Positions 11,821-22,903 are shown, numbered from the stretch's first letter. The stretch: 58,848 nucleotides of DNA from Prasinococcaceae sp. CCMP 1430 (GCA_013416795.1 RQSC01001348.1:7699-66546), one strand, 5' to 3'. The notes: a model not told the origin generated them from the sequence alone. Numbers and translations: made by a program.

Positions 11821-12878
11821 TCATGCTGGCCTCCTGAGCTGCCAGAGCGCGTACGTAGCCTCCTCCTCGCCGTCGATGCTCGGGTGTGTGAGCAGCACCT
11901 CCATGGGTGCGGCATGCACGTAGCCGCGCGCCTCAAGCGTCCGCAGGAAGTCATCGAGCGAGATGCGGCCCGCTCGGCTCGCGACGAGCACCACGCCGCC
12001 CGGCCGCAGGCAGGCATCGACAGTGGCCGAGAGAGCGTCGATGGCGGCGGTGACTGCGAGGAGGCGGGAGGGGGCGCGGCGTCAGAATGCGCCCAGCCAC
12101 ATGCGTGCGAACGCCGACACGCCACGGATTGCCTTCTCGCGCGCGACGTACAGTAGTTGCAATCCGCCGCCAGGACGACGTCGCAGCCTGCCGTGCCTGC
12201 AGCGCGCGCCACGGCCGCGTCCGTCTCGCATGCAAACCAGTCAAGTTCGGTTGCTCGCATTGCGGCGAGGCGCGAGGCATCGAGCGGCCGCCGCACGGTC
12301 CCCTCGGCGATCGCGCCGCGCACGGCAGCAACGGCCTTGTCGTCGCAGTCGGTTGCGACGACCTCGGCAGCGCCTGCGAGCGCCGCGGCAAATGAAGGCA
12401 GTGCGGAGCCGCAACCGAGCTCGCACACGCGCAGGCCGGCCACTGCGCCGCGTGCGCGCTCGGTGAGGTGCCGGGCGAGCAGCAGCGCCGAGTCCCACAC
12501 GAAGACGCCGCTCGCGTCGACCTCGCAGCGCTCGCCGCCACCGATGTCGCGCGTGCGCCACACATGGCTGCGCTCGCGCCACGCTCGCTCGTACTCAGAT
12601 TCGAGACTCGCCTCGAAGGCCGCCGCAGCGCCCGCGCTACCCCAGGACGACGGCGATTGCAACGGCAACGGCGAAGGTGATGGCGACGCCGACGGCCCAA
12701 AACCGCCGCCGCCAGGGGCGCCAGCGCCGGCGCCGCTGCTCTCGCCCGCTGCCGCCGCGCTCGCCGGCACCGCGCAAGCACCCGGCGCCGCCCGCAGCCG
12801 CCGCCCGCGCCGGCGGGGGAACCGGCGGCGCGAGAGCCACACGCTGCGAAGCTGTGGATTTCGGTTGCAAATTGACAT
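11821..12878 (-). CDS. Lysine/histidine protein methyltransferase of the METTL21/METTL23 (Methyltransf_16) family, 2 exons
   Basis: GVFVWDSALLLARHL, RVCELGCGSALP, VATD, LDW and DVVLAADCNY. GTACGT...CAG intron near 12058-12151; last exon LRPGGVVLVA...RRPA-TGA. TGTAA at 11797-11793. Confidence 0.85.
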
Positions 12879-13147
12879 GCATCCATTTCACCCTTCAAAT
12901 GAACCACGAAATTAAACGTGCTTGCTTTTTGCATCATGATGGTGAGAGTCGAAAGCGCCGGCGGCGATGGCAGTTCCCCCGGGCGCGTTCCCCCGGCGGC
13001 GCACGCGCGGCCGCCACACGAGAGCCGGCGGGCGCGGCGGCGGCGGCACGCAGTGGCGGCCGCGCGGCGGCCGCGGCCGCCCGTGCCACCCGCCGGCCGA
13101 CGCGGCGCCTGCTCTGGCATACCTCCTCTCGGCGCGGCGCGCTCGCA

Positions 13148-14689
13148 ATGCACCTCCGCGTGGAGTGGGCGGCGAGCTGTGGGGCCGGTGTGAAGGACCT
13201 GGCTTGGGAGGGCGGAGGTGGCGGTGACGGCGTGCTCGTGGCGTGTATCGATGGCAGTGTGCGCCGCGCCGCCGTTGGGAACCGCAGCGGCTTCTTGGTG
13301 CTCGCGCAGGACCCGACGCGCAGCAGCGTGCGCGCGCTCTGCGTGGGCGCGGACGGCACGCTGTGCTACGCCACGATGGCGCGCTCGCTGGCACTCGGCG
13401 GGCGGGCGCATGCGCGCGCACACGTCGACTATATCACATCGCTCGTGCCGCTGCCCGCGGCGCGCAGCACACAGCCAGTGCTGGTAGCGACGGCCTCCGT
13501 GGACGGTAGCGTGAGCGTGTGGGCACCCTCCGCGAACGCGTGCGTGGGCACGGCTAGCACATGCGCTGGCGTGCGCTCCATGTCCGCGCTGGCCGAGTGC
13601 GGCGGTCTACCGCCGCGCGGCGATGCCAATGAGGTGATGGTCGCCTGTGGCGGCCGCGGTGGGCTGGTAGGCGTGTGGCTTGGCGGCGGGGAGGCCATGT
13701 GGACGGTGGTCGGGCACACCGCCGCGGTGATGTGCGTGGCATTCGTGGGCAGCGAGCAGGAGGCCACGGACGAGGCCGACGGCGAGACGGAGGGCGAGCT
13801 TGCGCGCACGAGGTGCCTAGTGGCCCTCACAATGACCAGCGGGGAGGCCGTCACGGCCTGGCTCAATGTCTCAAGCGCCAACAAGCAGAGTGGGCAAGCG
13901 GTCGCGCTCGAGGAGCATGCACGTATGGGTGGCCTTATCGACGCGACGTGTGCGCGCATGCGCGTGTGCCCCCCATCGTGCTTGGCGTCAGGAGGAGAGG
14001 ATTGCGTGGTGCGACTGTGGGGGTGGACAGACGGCGCGCCGCTCGCGGTGCTCGCAGGCTTCAACGCGCCGGTGGAATGCATGATATCTCGAGACGTAGA
14101 TGCGCGCGCAAATGGGCGCGCGGCTGTGGCAGTGGCCACGCTCGCTGGGGAGGTCAGCATGTGGGCGCAGAGGGAGGGCGAGGATGCTCACGTCGCCGAG
14201 GACGCATGCGCGGCGGCTATGCGCGCAGACCTCACTGCGACGGGACTAGCGCACGCGCGCGCGGCAGCTGTGAGCGCTGATGCCACCACAGCGGCAGGAG
14301 CGCTCCTCCTCGATTGTGCGTGGGCGTCTGAGGTCGCGGCAGCCGCCATGCTGCCCTTCGAAGCTGCCGACAACCTCGCACGGCGAGAATTCGAGTGCCC
14401 GGTGTGCCTCGGCGCTGTGGACACAGATGCGCCATGCGTGCAGCTCGCGTGCGGCCACGCTTTGCATGCGGCATGTGCGCTTCCCCTGATTGGCGAGCGG
14501 TGCCCACTATGCCGTGCGTTGTGTGCGAGCGGCTGCATCGGCGCCGGCACCACCGCGCAGGGTGTCGCGCGGCTTCTGTGCATGCGCGCCGACGCCGCAC
14601 GCGGAGAGAGGGTGCTGGTGGAGGCGCAGGGCCTGCGGCGCGAACTCGCAGCCGCGCGCTCGCGCTCGCCTTCTCCCAAGTTCTTCTGA
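13148..14689 (+). CDS. Intronless WD40-repeat protein with a C-terminal RING-H2 finger (putative E3 ligase)
   Basis: WD-type repeats AHVDYITSL...ATASVDGSVSVW, GHTAAVMCVAF and LASGGEDCVVRLW. RING-H2 CPVC...CGHALHAAC...CPLC. Confidence 0.75.
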   Translation: MHLRVEWAASCGAGVKDLAWEGGGGGDGVLVACIDGSVRRAAVGNRSGFLVLAQDPTRSSVRALCVGADGTLCYATMARSLALGGRAHARAHVDYITSLVPLPAARSTQPVLVATASVDGSVSVWAPSANACVGTASTCAGVRSMSALAECGGLPPRGDANEVMVACGGRGGLVGVWLGGGEAMWTVVGHTAAVMCVAFVGSEQEATDEADGETEGELARTRCLVALTMTSGEAVTAWLNVSSANKQSGQAVALEEHARMGGLIDATCARMRVCPPSCLASGGEDCVVRLWGWTDGAPLAVLAGFNAPVECMISRDVDARANGRAAVAVATLAGEVSMWAQREGEDAHVAEDACAAAMRADLTATGLAHARAAAVSADATTAAGALLLDCAWASEVAAAAMLPFEAADNLARREFECPVCLGAVDTDAPCVQLACGHALHAACALPLIGERCPLCRALCASGCIGAGTTAQGVARLLCMRADAARGERVLVEAQGLRRELAAARSRSPSPKFF

Positions 14690-14896
14690 GGCAGCACGCG
14701 AACGCCTCCGTGTACAGTATTAATTTTTTGCTACAGTACGAATGTCGCAAGTGTCTGCCGCGACGAGTTTGCAGCGGGGCCGCGGTGTGGACAGGCGGGC
14801 GGGCGGGCGGTTGTGGGCAAGGGGTGGGCTGGGGGGGGAAGCGGGCAGGATAGTATGGAAGTGGCTGTCGCATCATCGTCGCGAGCGCTCTCGTGT

Positions 14897-17800
14897 TTAG
14901 CGCAGGAGCACTCTCACGCCGCCCAAGCCATCGACGTCGTCGTCATTGGCGTCGGTGCATGACAGCGAGAGCTCGAGCGAGGTCGCATCTGGTGGTAGCG
15001 CTGTCTTGGCGATCGTCGCCAACAGCTCCAAAAGGTGCGTCGCCTTGCGCTCCTTGAGTTTGGGCGGCGCCATGAAGTCCATGAATAGAAGGCTGCTGCC
15101 GTACGACACCATTGACACCTCGATGCCGTACTTTTCCTCGAAGGTAGCGATCATCGCGCCGAGGGTGGCATCGCATGCGCGGAGGTCCACCTCGAGCTTG
15201 TCCCACACCGAGAAGACCTGCGTGCCCTTGGCGGTGGCCACGGCAGTGCCAGCCACGCGGCGCGGCACGCAGCACACGAGCGAGGGCAGCGCAGTGTTTG
15301 CAAAGCTGTCGCGCCGAACTGCCAGCCGCGCCCCAAGGATGGCCTTTAGGATCTCCACCGTGCCGAGAGCTGCAATGAGGGAAGTAGCCGGAGGAAGCGC
15401 CGGCGCCACCCCGGCGGCATCGCGCAGCACTTCGGCCCGCGTCGGCGGCGGGATGCGGTGATTGCGCGCGCGTAGCGCCGCGCACGCCTGCAGAAAATCC
15501 ACGTGCCAGCGCGCCCCCCCACGAGCGCGCGCGAGGGAGAGCGGCTTGAGGCGGAAGCCGACTAGCTCACCGGGCGATGGCAGTTCCTCCAGGAGCGCAG
15601 CGATGCGCGCTTCGACTGTGTCAGCCGCCTTTGTTCCTGCAACTTCAGCATCGGGGCCGTCTTCAATGGCCATCGACGAAGCTGACGCACTGAGGGGCAG
15701 AGTCTCGCTCGCGGGCGCCCCCATGTCGCCATCGGCGCTCGAGCCTCGGAGTGCACCGCGGACGGCCTCCTCGCCCGCGGTGCCATGCAGGCCATACACG
15801 TGCGCGCGCAGATTGGCCGCGGCACGCACAAAGCGGGCGTGCAATTCGTCGTTGGCATCCAGCGCAAGTGGCGTGGGGCAGCGCTTGACGCCAGCCCAAA
15901 ATGGCAGTCCTTCAGTCGTGAGCGAGTCTGGCCCAAACTTGGACAGCAGAGCGTTCACCGGTGCTTCAAAGAGCTCCTCGAAGAGCGCGGCTGCCCATGC
16001 TGCACACTCTTCGAGTGAGCGCGGCCGACTGCGCCCCAACGAGTCGCGCACGCCGCGTAGTGCTCCCTCCGCCGCCTCCGCACCGTTGCGCCCGCGCACG
16101 GCAGCAACGAATTCATCTCGCCCATGCGAGAGGTACTCGTTCACCGCGCGCGGGCGTCCGACGAAGATGTCCTCGAAGCGCTCGCGCGCCCACACGCTCG
16201 CGTGCGCCGGCAGGTACGGAAAGTTGTTCAGCACGCACAGCTGCGGCTGCGCGCGTCGCTCAGGCGGGTCAGTGCTGGCCGAGTAAGGCTCGCTCTCGAA
16301 GGGCACCGCGGAGGTCACTGAACCTAGTGCACCGTTCACACCCACGTCCACCAGATTTCGTGACTGACCGAGGCAGAGCGCGTCGGCCGCAAGACGCGCC
16401 GCAGCGCCCTCTGCACAGCTCGCGAGCACCGCTCCTTTCGTCGCCATCGCCAGGCGGACTGCGCGCAGGTCGCCGCTGCTCGCACCGCCTGATGCTGACA
16501 GAGAGGCGTCTACTGCATGCGCGCTGTGCAGTGGCGCGCACGGCCCAATGCTGCGCACAGCCTCCACCGCCGCCGCCGCCCGGGTGACGCTCTGATCGCC
16601 GATCGCGTGCAGCACCTGGCGGCTGAGATTGCATTCGTCCGCATCGTCTCCGTCGACGATGGTGAGATCCCCCCCGCGCGCGCCGTCCGCGCCCACGCCG
16701 AGCAGCGCGAGATTCTTGATCACCTCGCACCCCACCGCGGCGGCGCCGGCAACCACCACGCGAGCGCTCGCAAGCGCCGCGCGCGTGCCACCCCCAAGGA
16801 GTGCATCCTGCGCCGCGAGAGCCGGATGGATAGGCTGCGGCGAGGGTTCCTGCTCCGCAGACTGTGGCGCGTGCCCAACCTCAGACAGGAGTTCGGCCGC
16901 GTGGTAGGTGAACCACTGATGCAGCGGCTGGTGCACGCGCGTGACAGCCTTGACCGCCTCCGCGGCGGCCACCGCGCCAGCCACCGTGGCGACGGGTGGC
17001 AGCGCATAGCCAGCACCGTTGTTCTCCATCGCACAAGCAGCGCAGGCCGCCAGGGCCGCGATGCCGGGCGACGAGCCCCCAGCGCCATCGCCGCCCTCAC
17101 AGCCAGCCGAAGCATGCGTGCGCGCGAGCTCAAGGGGATTGCCACCGCGCGCGCAGTGTCGCAACACCGCGATCACCTCACGATCGGCGTCTGTGCTGAG
17201 GTCACCAAGCCTGCCAGGCGCAAGCGCCTCGTCGAGAGACACATGCGATCCGCACACGTTCCCTCGCACCTGCCGCAAGTAGCCGCTACCCGACACATAC
17301 GCTTGGGTGCCCGCCGCGGCGGCGGCCGCGACGCCACACCCGCCCTCGCATTGCACGAGCAGCGTCGCGCGGCCAGTGACGGTGCAGGGCAAAGGCCCGG
17401 CGGCGTTGAGGGCGGCACCAAGCTCAAGCGATTCTCCATCCGTGCCTGCAGCCTCAGCTGCGTTGGCGCCCTCTGCGTCAACGGATGCGCTCTCGCAGGC
17501 AACAAACTCGGCGAGATCGCCGTCCTCCAAGCCGTGGCCACCCTCGTCTGCAATGGTGACGGTGAGCGTCACGCTGCCGCCCGCGGCTGCTCCACCGGTA
17601 TCCGGCGTGGCATGGATGCTCTCAACTACACTCATGCGCGCGCTGGCGGATGCGTCTCCGTGTGACGCGATCGCAGGCCGCTCGTACTGGAAGCGCGCAC
17701 CGAAGTCGGCGAACACAGCACAGAGAGCGCCTCGTGCACACGCGGCGACATACGGCACGCCGTGCGTCCGGCAAATCGACGCGCGCGCGCGGCCTGTGTC

Positions 17801-18271
17801 ACCGAGTGCGGCGCCCGTGTCATCGCATGCCACCACGACGTCGATCCCCGCCAGCATGTCGCTCGTCAGCCCCACCGCCTCCATTCTCTCTGCTCCCTGT
17901 TGCCCCGGGTCGCCGGAGAGTACGTCGATGGTGCACGTGGGATCGAGCACCGCCAGGCGGGCGACGTAAGCTGCAACGGCGTCACCATCGGCATCGGCCC
18001 TGCGGGAGAGGAGCGTGCACGCGCGCGGCCTGCCGTTGAAGCTCAGCGCGACCCTGCCGACACCCGAGAGCACGAGCGCCGTGGCGGCCTCGGCGCCGGT
18101 CGCCTCACCTGCGCCAAGCACGAGAACGGCCGCACGGCGCGCGGCGAGTGGCGCGGCCTGGCCGAGCGCGAGTGCTATGCGCGCGTGCGCGAGCGGAACG
18201 TCCGAGGCGCCACCGCCGTCGACAGCACCATCGCCACCCGCCTCGCAATCCACCACCATCGGGGACGCCAT
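14897..18271 (-). CDS. Divergent, intronless ubiquitin-activating enzyme E1 (UBA1-like) with IAD, FCCH, AAD, SCCH and UFD domains
   Basis: GHGLEDGD (FCCH), QPLHQWF, GCEVIKNLALLG, NLSRQ, PFESEPYSASTDPP, catalytic PQLCVLNNFP...WARERF and UFD FSVWDKLEV...EKYGIEVSMVSYGSSLLF. Confidence 0.88.
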   Translation of the reverse strand: MASPMVVDCEAGGDGAVDGGGASDVPLAHARIALALGQAAPLAARRAAVLVLGAGEATGAEAATALVLSGVGRVALSFNGRPRACTLLSRRADADGDAVAAYVARLAVLDPTCTIDVLSGDPGQQGAERMEAVGLTSDMLAGIDVVVACDDTGAALGDTGRARASICRTHGVPYVAACARGALCAVFADFGARFQYERPAIASHGDASASARMSVVESIHATPDTGGAAAGGSVTLTVTIADEGGHGLEDGDLAEFVACESASVDAEGANAAEAAGTDGESLELGAALNAAGPLPCTVTGRATLLVQCEGGCGVAAAAAAGTQAYVSGSGYLRQVRGNVCGSHVSLDEALAPGRLGDLSTDADREVIAVLRHCARGGNPLELARTHASAGCEGGDGAGGSSPGIAALAACAACAMENNGAGYALPPVATVAGAVAAAEAVKAVTRVHQPLHQWFTYHAAELLSEVGHAPQSAEQEPSPQPIHPALAAQDALLGGGTRAALASARVVVAGAAAVGCEVIKNLALLGVGADGARGGDLTIVDGDDADECNLSRQVLHAIGDQSVTRAAAAVEAVRSIGPCAPLHSAHAVDASLSASGGASSGDLRAVRLAMATKGAVLASCAEGAAARLAADALCLGQSRNLVDVGVNGALGSVTSAVPFESEPYSASTDPPERRAQPQLCVLNNFPYLPAHASVWARERFEDIFVGRPRAVNEYLSHGRDEFVAAVRGRNGAEAAEGALRGVRDSLGRSRPRSLEECAAWAAALFEELFEAPVNALLSKFGPDSLTTEGLPFWAGVKRCPTPLALDANDELHARFVRAAANLRAHVYGLHGTAGEEAVRGALRGSSADGDMGAPASETLPLSASASSMAIEDGPDAEVAGTKAADTVEARIAALLEELPSPGELVGFRLKPLSLARARGGARWHVDFLQACAALRARNHRIPPPTRAEVLRDAAGVAPALPPATSLIAALGTVEILKAILGARLAVRRDSFANTALPSLVCCVPRRVAGTAVATAKGTQVFSVWDKLEVDLRACDATLGAMIATFEEKYGIEVSMVSYGSSLLFMDFMAPPKLKERKATHLLELLATIAKTALPPDATSLELSLSCTDANDDDVDGLGGVRVLLR

Positions 18272-19244
18272 GCGTGCGTGTGCGCGCACTCACCCGAGAC
18301 CGCGCGGAGGGCCGCCGCGTCGCCTCGGCCACACCTACCCCCGGGACGCTCCCACCTCTCCAACCGCTCAACACCACCCGTGTCACGCCCACGCGTGCGC
18401 CGCCCCTCGCACGTGCGATCCGCGCCGCCCCTCCCTCACTACCCCCGCGCGCCGCCCCTTGCGCGCTGCGCTGCCGCGGCGCAGCGCGCGGAGTGTGGTG
18501 CCGGGCAGCGCCACTTTTTCAAGGATGTGAGTGCGTCGGCGCGGATGTGGGCGAGGGCGCCGGGCGGGGGGGGGGGGGGGGGGGGGGGGACGGGGGGGTG
18601 AGAATTAGCCTGGGCGTGTAACGCACTGTTGTACATCGTCGTTTGCACGCGTGTACATGTGTGTGTGTGTGTGTGTGTGTGGTTGTGCGTGTCCGTGTGG
18701 GTGTGGCGCTGTGGCGCTAGAGGGTGCCCTGCGCGGCCGTAGCTCATGGCGGCGGGCGGCTCTCGGCTCGCAAGCCGGCCGGGCATGGCATGGCTGAGAC
18801 AAAGCGCGCCTCAGCGACGGCGGCGCAGCTCTGTCGGCCTCCGCGTCGCGCGGAGGACCTGCTCCCGCCGGGGGTGAGCGATCCGTTGGCGGACTCCGAG
18901 GGCGTGGGCACGCGCCAGGCGCGCGCGGTGGGTGGCGGTGGCGGACGGCATGGCACGCGCGACCTGGGGGCGGCGCGCTGGGAAGGAGAGGATGCTATTT
19001 TACTGGGCGCGCAGGGCGCGTGGGCGTGCACTCTGTCCCAAGGCTCTACGATAGAGGTACAGTGATGGGGAACGACGCGGCGACCCAGCTCGGCACGCCG
19101 GCGACCTAGCGCCTGCGGCCTGAGCCTGTGGGCACGAAGGCCCCGCCGTGGCGCGCAGCGGCGTAGCCTGCGCGCAGCCCTCGCACGAACGCGAGGACGT
19201 CCTCGGCCCGGCCGCTCTCGGCCCCGTCGGCGCCCCAGTCTTGC

Positions 19245-21476
19245 ATGAACAGCCGCACCTCTGCGAGCACCTGCGCGGCGGCGGCGGCGTGCGCGTCCTC
19301 CTCGCCGTCCGTGCCCTCGCTGGAGGTGTCCCCCGAAGCGATCGCTGCGGCCGCCGCGGCGGCGCCCGCCGAGCCGCCCCTGCGGCCCGACGTCTTGCGC
19401 ACGCCGCTGCGGCTGCCCGAGCGCCCCGAGCGCCCCGCGCGGATTGCGCCGCGCGCGCAGGGAGCGGCGCGGCGCCTGCCTGTGCAGGCGTCGGGTGTTG
19501 GGCTCGGCGTCCAGCGGGCTGACGAGCCGCCCGCCCTCCCAACAACCCCGTAACACCCCCTCGCCCCCGACCCCGTCCCCAATCCAACCGACCCCATCCC
19601 CAATCCTCGCCCACCCGCCCGCTGTCGTCCGCCCGCCTCCCTCCGACGCGCCGGGCGCGCCTCGCCGCCGCGCAGACACAGAGGTGGCGACCACCAAGGT
19701 CGCGACCGCCGCCGGCACGCTGGAGAAGGTCCTCGACCGCGTGTCGAGCACCCACGAGAACGGGCGGTGCCCCGCCGAGCGGCTACAGAACCTCGTGTTC
19801 GTCACGAGCGAGGTGGCGCCGTGGTCGAAGACGGGCGGGCTCGGCGACGTCTGCGGCAGCCTGCCGCCCGTGCTCGCGGCGCGCGGGCACCGCGTGATGG
19901 TGGTGGCGCCGCGATACGGCTGCTACGAGGACGCCATCGACACCGGGGTGGAGGTGACGATCTGGCTGAGCGGCGCACACCACACGGTGCGCTTCTTCCA
20001 CTGCCAGCGCGGCAACGTCGACTGGATCTTCGTCGACCACCCGGGCGCGTACCTGCGGGCCGGCAATCCCTACGGCGACGAGATGGGAACGTTCGGCGAC
20101 AACCAGTTCCGATTCACGCTGCTCTCCATGGCGGCGCTCGAGGCGCCGCTCGTGGTGCCCACGGGCAAGGACGGCCTTCCGTACGGCGACGACATCATGT
20201 TCGTCGCCAACGACTGGCAGGCGGCGCTCGTTCCGACGCTCCTCGCCACCAAGTACCGCCCCCACGGATGCTACTGGCAGGCGCGCACGCTGCTCATCAT
20301 CCACAACCTGGTGCGTGGCGTGGTTGCTGCGGTCGCTGAGCGCTCGCGGCGCGCCGTTGCCGCCGGCAGCCCGCACGCGCGCGCCGAGCCCGCGCGCGCC
20401 GAGCCCAAGCGCGCCGAACCCGCGCGTGCGACGCGCTGACACGCGAATGGCCGCGCTGCGCCCCCGGCGCCGGCTCCCAACAGTTTCACCAGGGCGTCTT
20501 CCCGCCCGGCACCTTCGGCGACCTGGGGCTGCCGCCCGAATGGTACGGCGCCCTCGAGTACCAGTACCCCGAGCACCAGCGGCAGGGCTCGTACGAGGAG
20601 GAGGGCAGGAGCCTCAACTACCTCAAGGCCGGCCTCACCACCGCCGATCGCATAGCGACCGTCTCGCCGGGCTACGCTTTGGAGATGACCTCGCCCCTCG
20701 GCGGCTGGGGGCTCGACGGCACCGCCGGCTCGCGCTGGGAGAAGCTCGACGGCGTGTTGAATGGCATCGACGAGAAGGAGTGGAACCCGGCCACGGACAA
20801 GCTCATCGCTGCCAACTACACGGCGCGTACCTACGCCAACGGAAAGGCGGAGTGCAAGGCGGCGCTGCAGCGTGAGATGGGGCTGCCGGAGAACCCGGAG
20901 GCGCCGCTGTGCATCTTCATCGGACGACTGGATCCGCAGAAGGGAGCCGACATTGTCATCGAGGCGGCGCCGTGGATCGCCGACCAGGGCGCGCAGCTTG
21001 TCATGTTGGGGACGGGGCAGACGCACCTTGAGCACGGCATGGCGGCAGCTGAACACGCGCGCAGGGACGCCGTGCGTGGTTACGTGGGCTTTAATGTCGC
21101 GCTCGCGCACCGCATGATGGCCGGGGCCGACATCTTGCTGATGCCCTCCCGCTTCGAGCCGTGTGGCCTCAATCAGCTCTTCGCGCTCAAGTACGGCACC
21201 GTGCCCATCGTGCATGCCACGGGCGGGCTGAGCGACAGCGTGCGCCACTTCAACCCCTTCGAAAACTCGGGCACCGGCTGGACCTTCGATGACTGCTGCA
21301 CCGACGCGCTCATCCACGCGACGGGCTGCGCCATCGACACATATCGCCGCTTCCCCGACAGCTGGAAGGGCATCTTGCGGCGCGGCATGGGGACCGACGT
21401 GAGCTGGCGGCAGGCCGCCGAGAAGTACGAGCAGCTCTTCGTTTGGGCCAAGGCAGACCTGCCGCAGTGCAGCTAA
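19245..21476 (+). CDS. SS1: Soluble starch synthase I (GT5), at least 3 exons; the N-terminal exon is uncertain and may start as far up as 18746
   Basis: SEVAPWSKTGGLGDV, NPYGD..GTFGDNQFRF, MFVANDWQAALVP.LLATKYRP, IHNL|FHQG, GRLDPQKG and MPSRFEPCGLNQL. Introns 19494-19675 and 20311-20483. Confidence 0.93.
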
Positions 21477-21823
21477 GCCGTCGCACTGGGCTGGCGCGGA
21501 CGCTCGAATGCTTGCGCACGACGTGCTCGCGCACGGTCGCCCCGTGCCAGCCGACCGTCTGCGCGCCAGCGCTCACCTTTTGACTAGCTACTGTCAGGTT
21601 TTGGCAGACAGCGCCCGGATGATCCGCAGGCGCGCCGGCACGAGTAACTATAATTGTGTACCAACCTCGACGCGGCGTGGCGCGGACGCACGTCAATGTC
21701 CTGCGTGCAAGCGTCGCGTGGTGACCGAATGTATGTGTACAGAGTAGCATAATTTGACAACATGCGCAGGACCGAGGGGCGCCAAGGTGGATGGGCACAC
21801 CCGCCGCTCCGCGCTCTCGCTGG

Positions 21824-22830
21824 CTATCGCGAGCCCCGGCCCTCGGCATCGGTGTCGGCGCCACCTCCGATGACGCAAGCGCCGACGATCAGCGCGCCTC
21901 CTGCGGCGCCATGTGCGCCGAGGCTCTCCCCGAGGAAGGCGGCTGCGAGCGCCGCAGCTGCCAGGGGCTGCGCCGAGTAGAAGAGGTTCGCGCGCGGCGC
22001 TGAGATGGCTCTCTGCGCGAAGCCCTGCGCCCAAACCGTGTATGCTGAGGGCACGACGCCGTTCCACGCCACCAATGCGCACACTGCGGCGATGGTGTGG
22101 GGCCCAGCCACAGCGAGCCCGTCGAGGGTCGGCACAACCTCAAATATGCCGAACGCCACGCCCGCGAGGACGACCGCCAGCGTGAGTGCGGCCTGCGTCG
22201 CGGCCTTCACCCACGCGAGCTCGAGTGGCACGCAGGCCGCCGCGAAGCCCTGCAGGCGCACGACATGCATGGCGAAGAAGGCGGCGCTCGTCAAGGCGAG
22301 TGCGTCGCCAAGCGCGTGGCCCGGGGGGAGTGCGGATGCGGGCGCCCCGCCGCCGCCGAAGGACAGCAACGCGATGCCGGAGGTTGCCATCGCGCACGCA
22401 AACCATGTGCGGCCGCTCACCGCGCGCCTGCACAGCGCCGCCTCGAGCATGGGCACGATCACCGTGGTCGCCTGCACGAGGAAGGCCACGCGGCTCGCCG
22501 TCGTGAGCGTGAGCGCGTACAGCTGCAGCGAAGAGCCCATGAATAGCCACGCGCCCAGCTCAGCACCGCCGCGTAGCGTGAACGCGCCGGGGAGCGCGGA
22601 GGGCGCAGGGAGCGATGCCCCGCGGCCCCCGGCGGTGCGCACCGCCCGTGCCGCGCATACCGCCGTGAGCGCCGCGAGCGACGCGGCCTGTATCCCCGCG
22701 TTGATCGCCGGCGGCGGTGGCGGGGGCACTCCCGCGGCGACAAATACGTTGAGCATAAGCACATTGACCACCGCCCACGTGCCCCACGCGAGGGGCACAC
22801 TGGTAAGCACCAGGGTCTCCGCGAGTGCGC

Positions 22831-22863
<33 letters not shown>

Positions 22864-22903
22864 GACGCAAGGCGGCCCCGGCCCCAACTCCCGACGCAAC
22901 CCT
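21824..22903 (-). CDS. EamA/DMT-superfamily transporter (two EamA repeats); 5' exon not resolved
   Basis: About ten hydrophobic helices; GAELGAWLFMGSSLQ, TTASRVAFL, GDALAL.SAAFFA and AQPL.AAALAAAFLGE. Confidence 0.85.
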
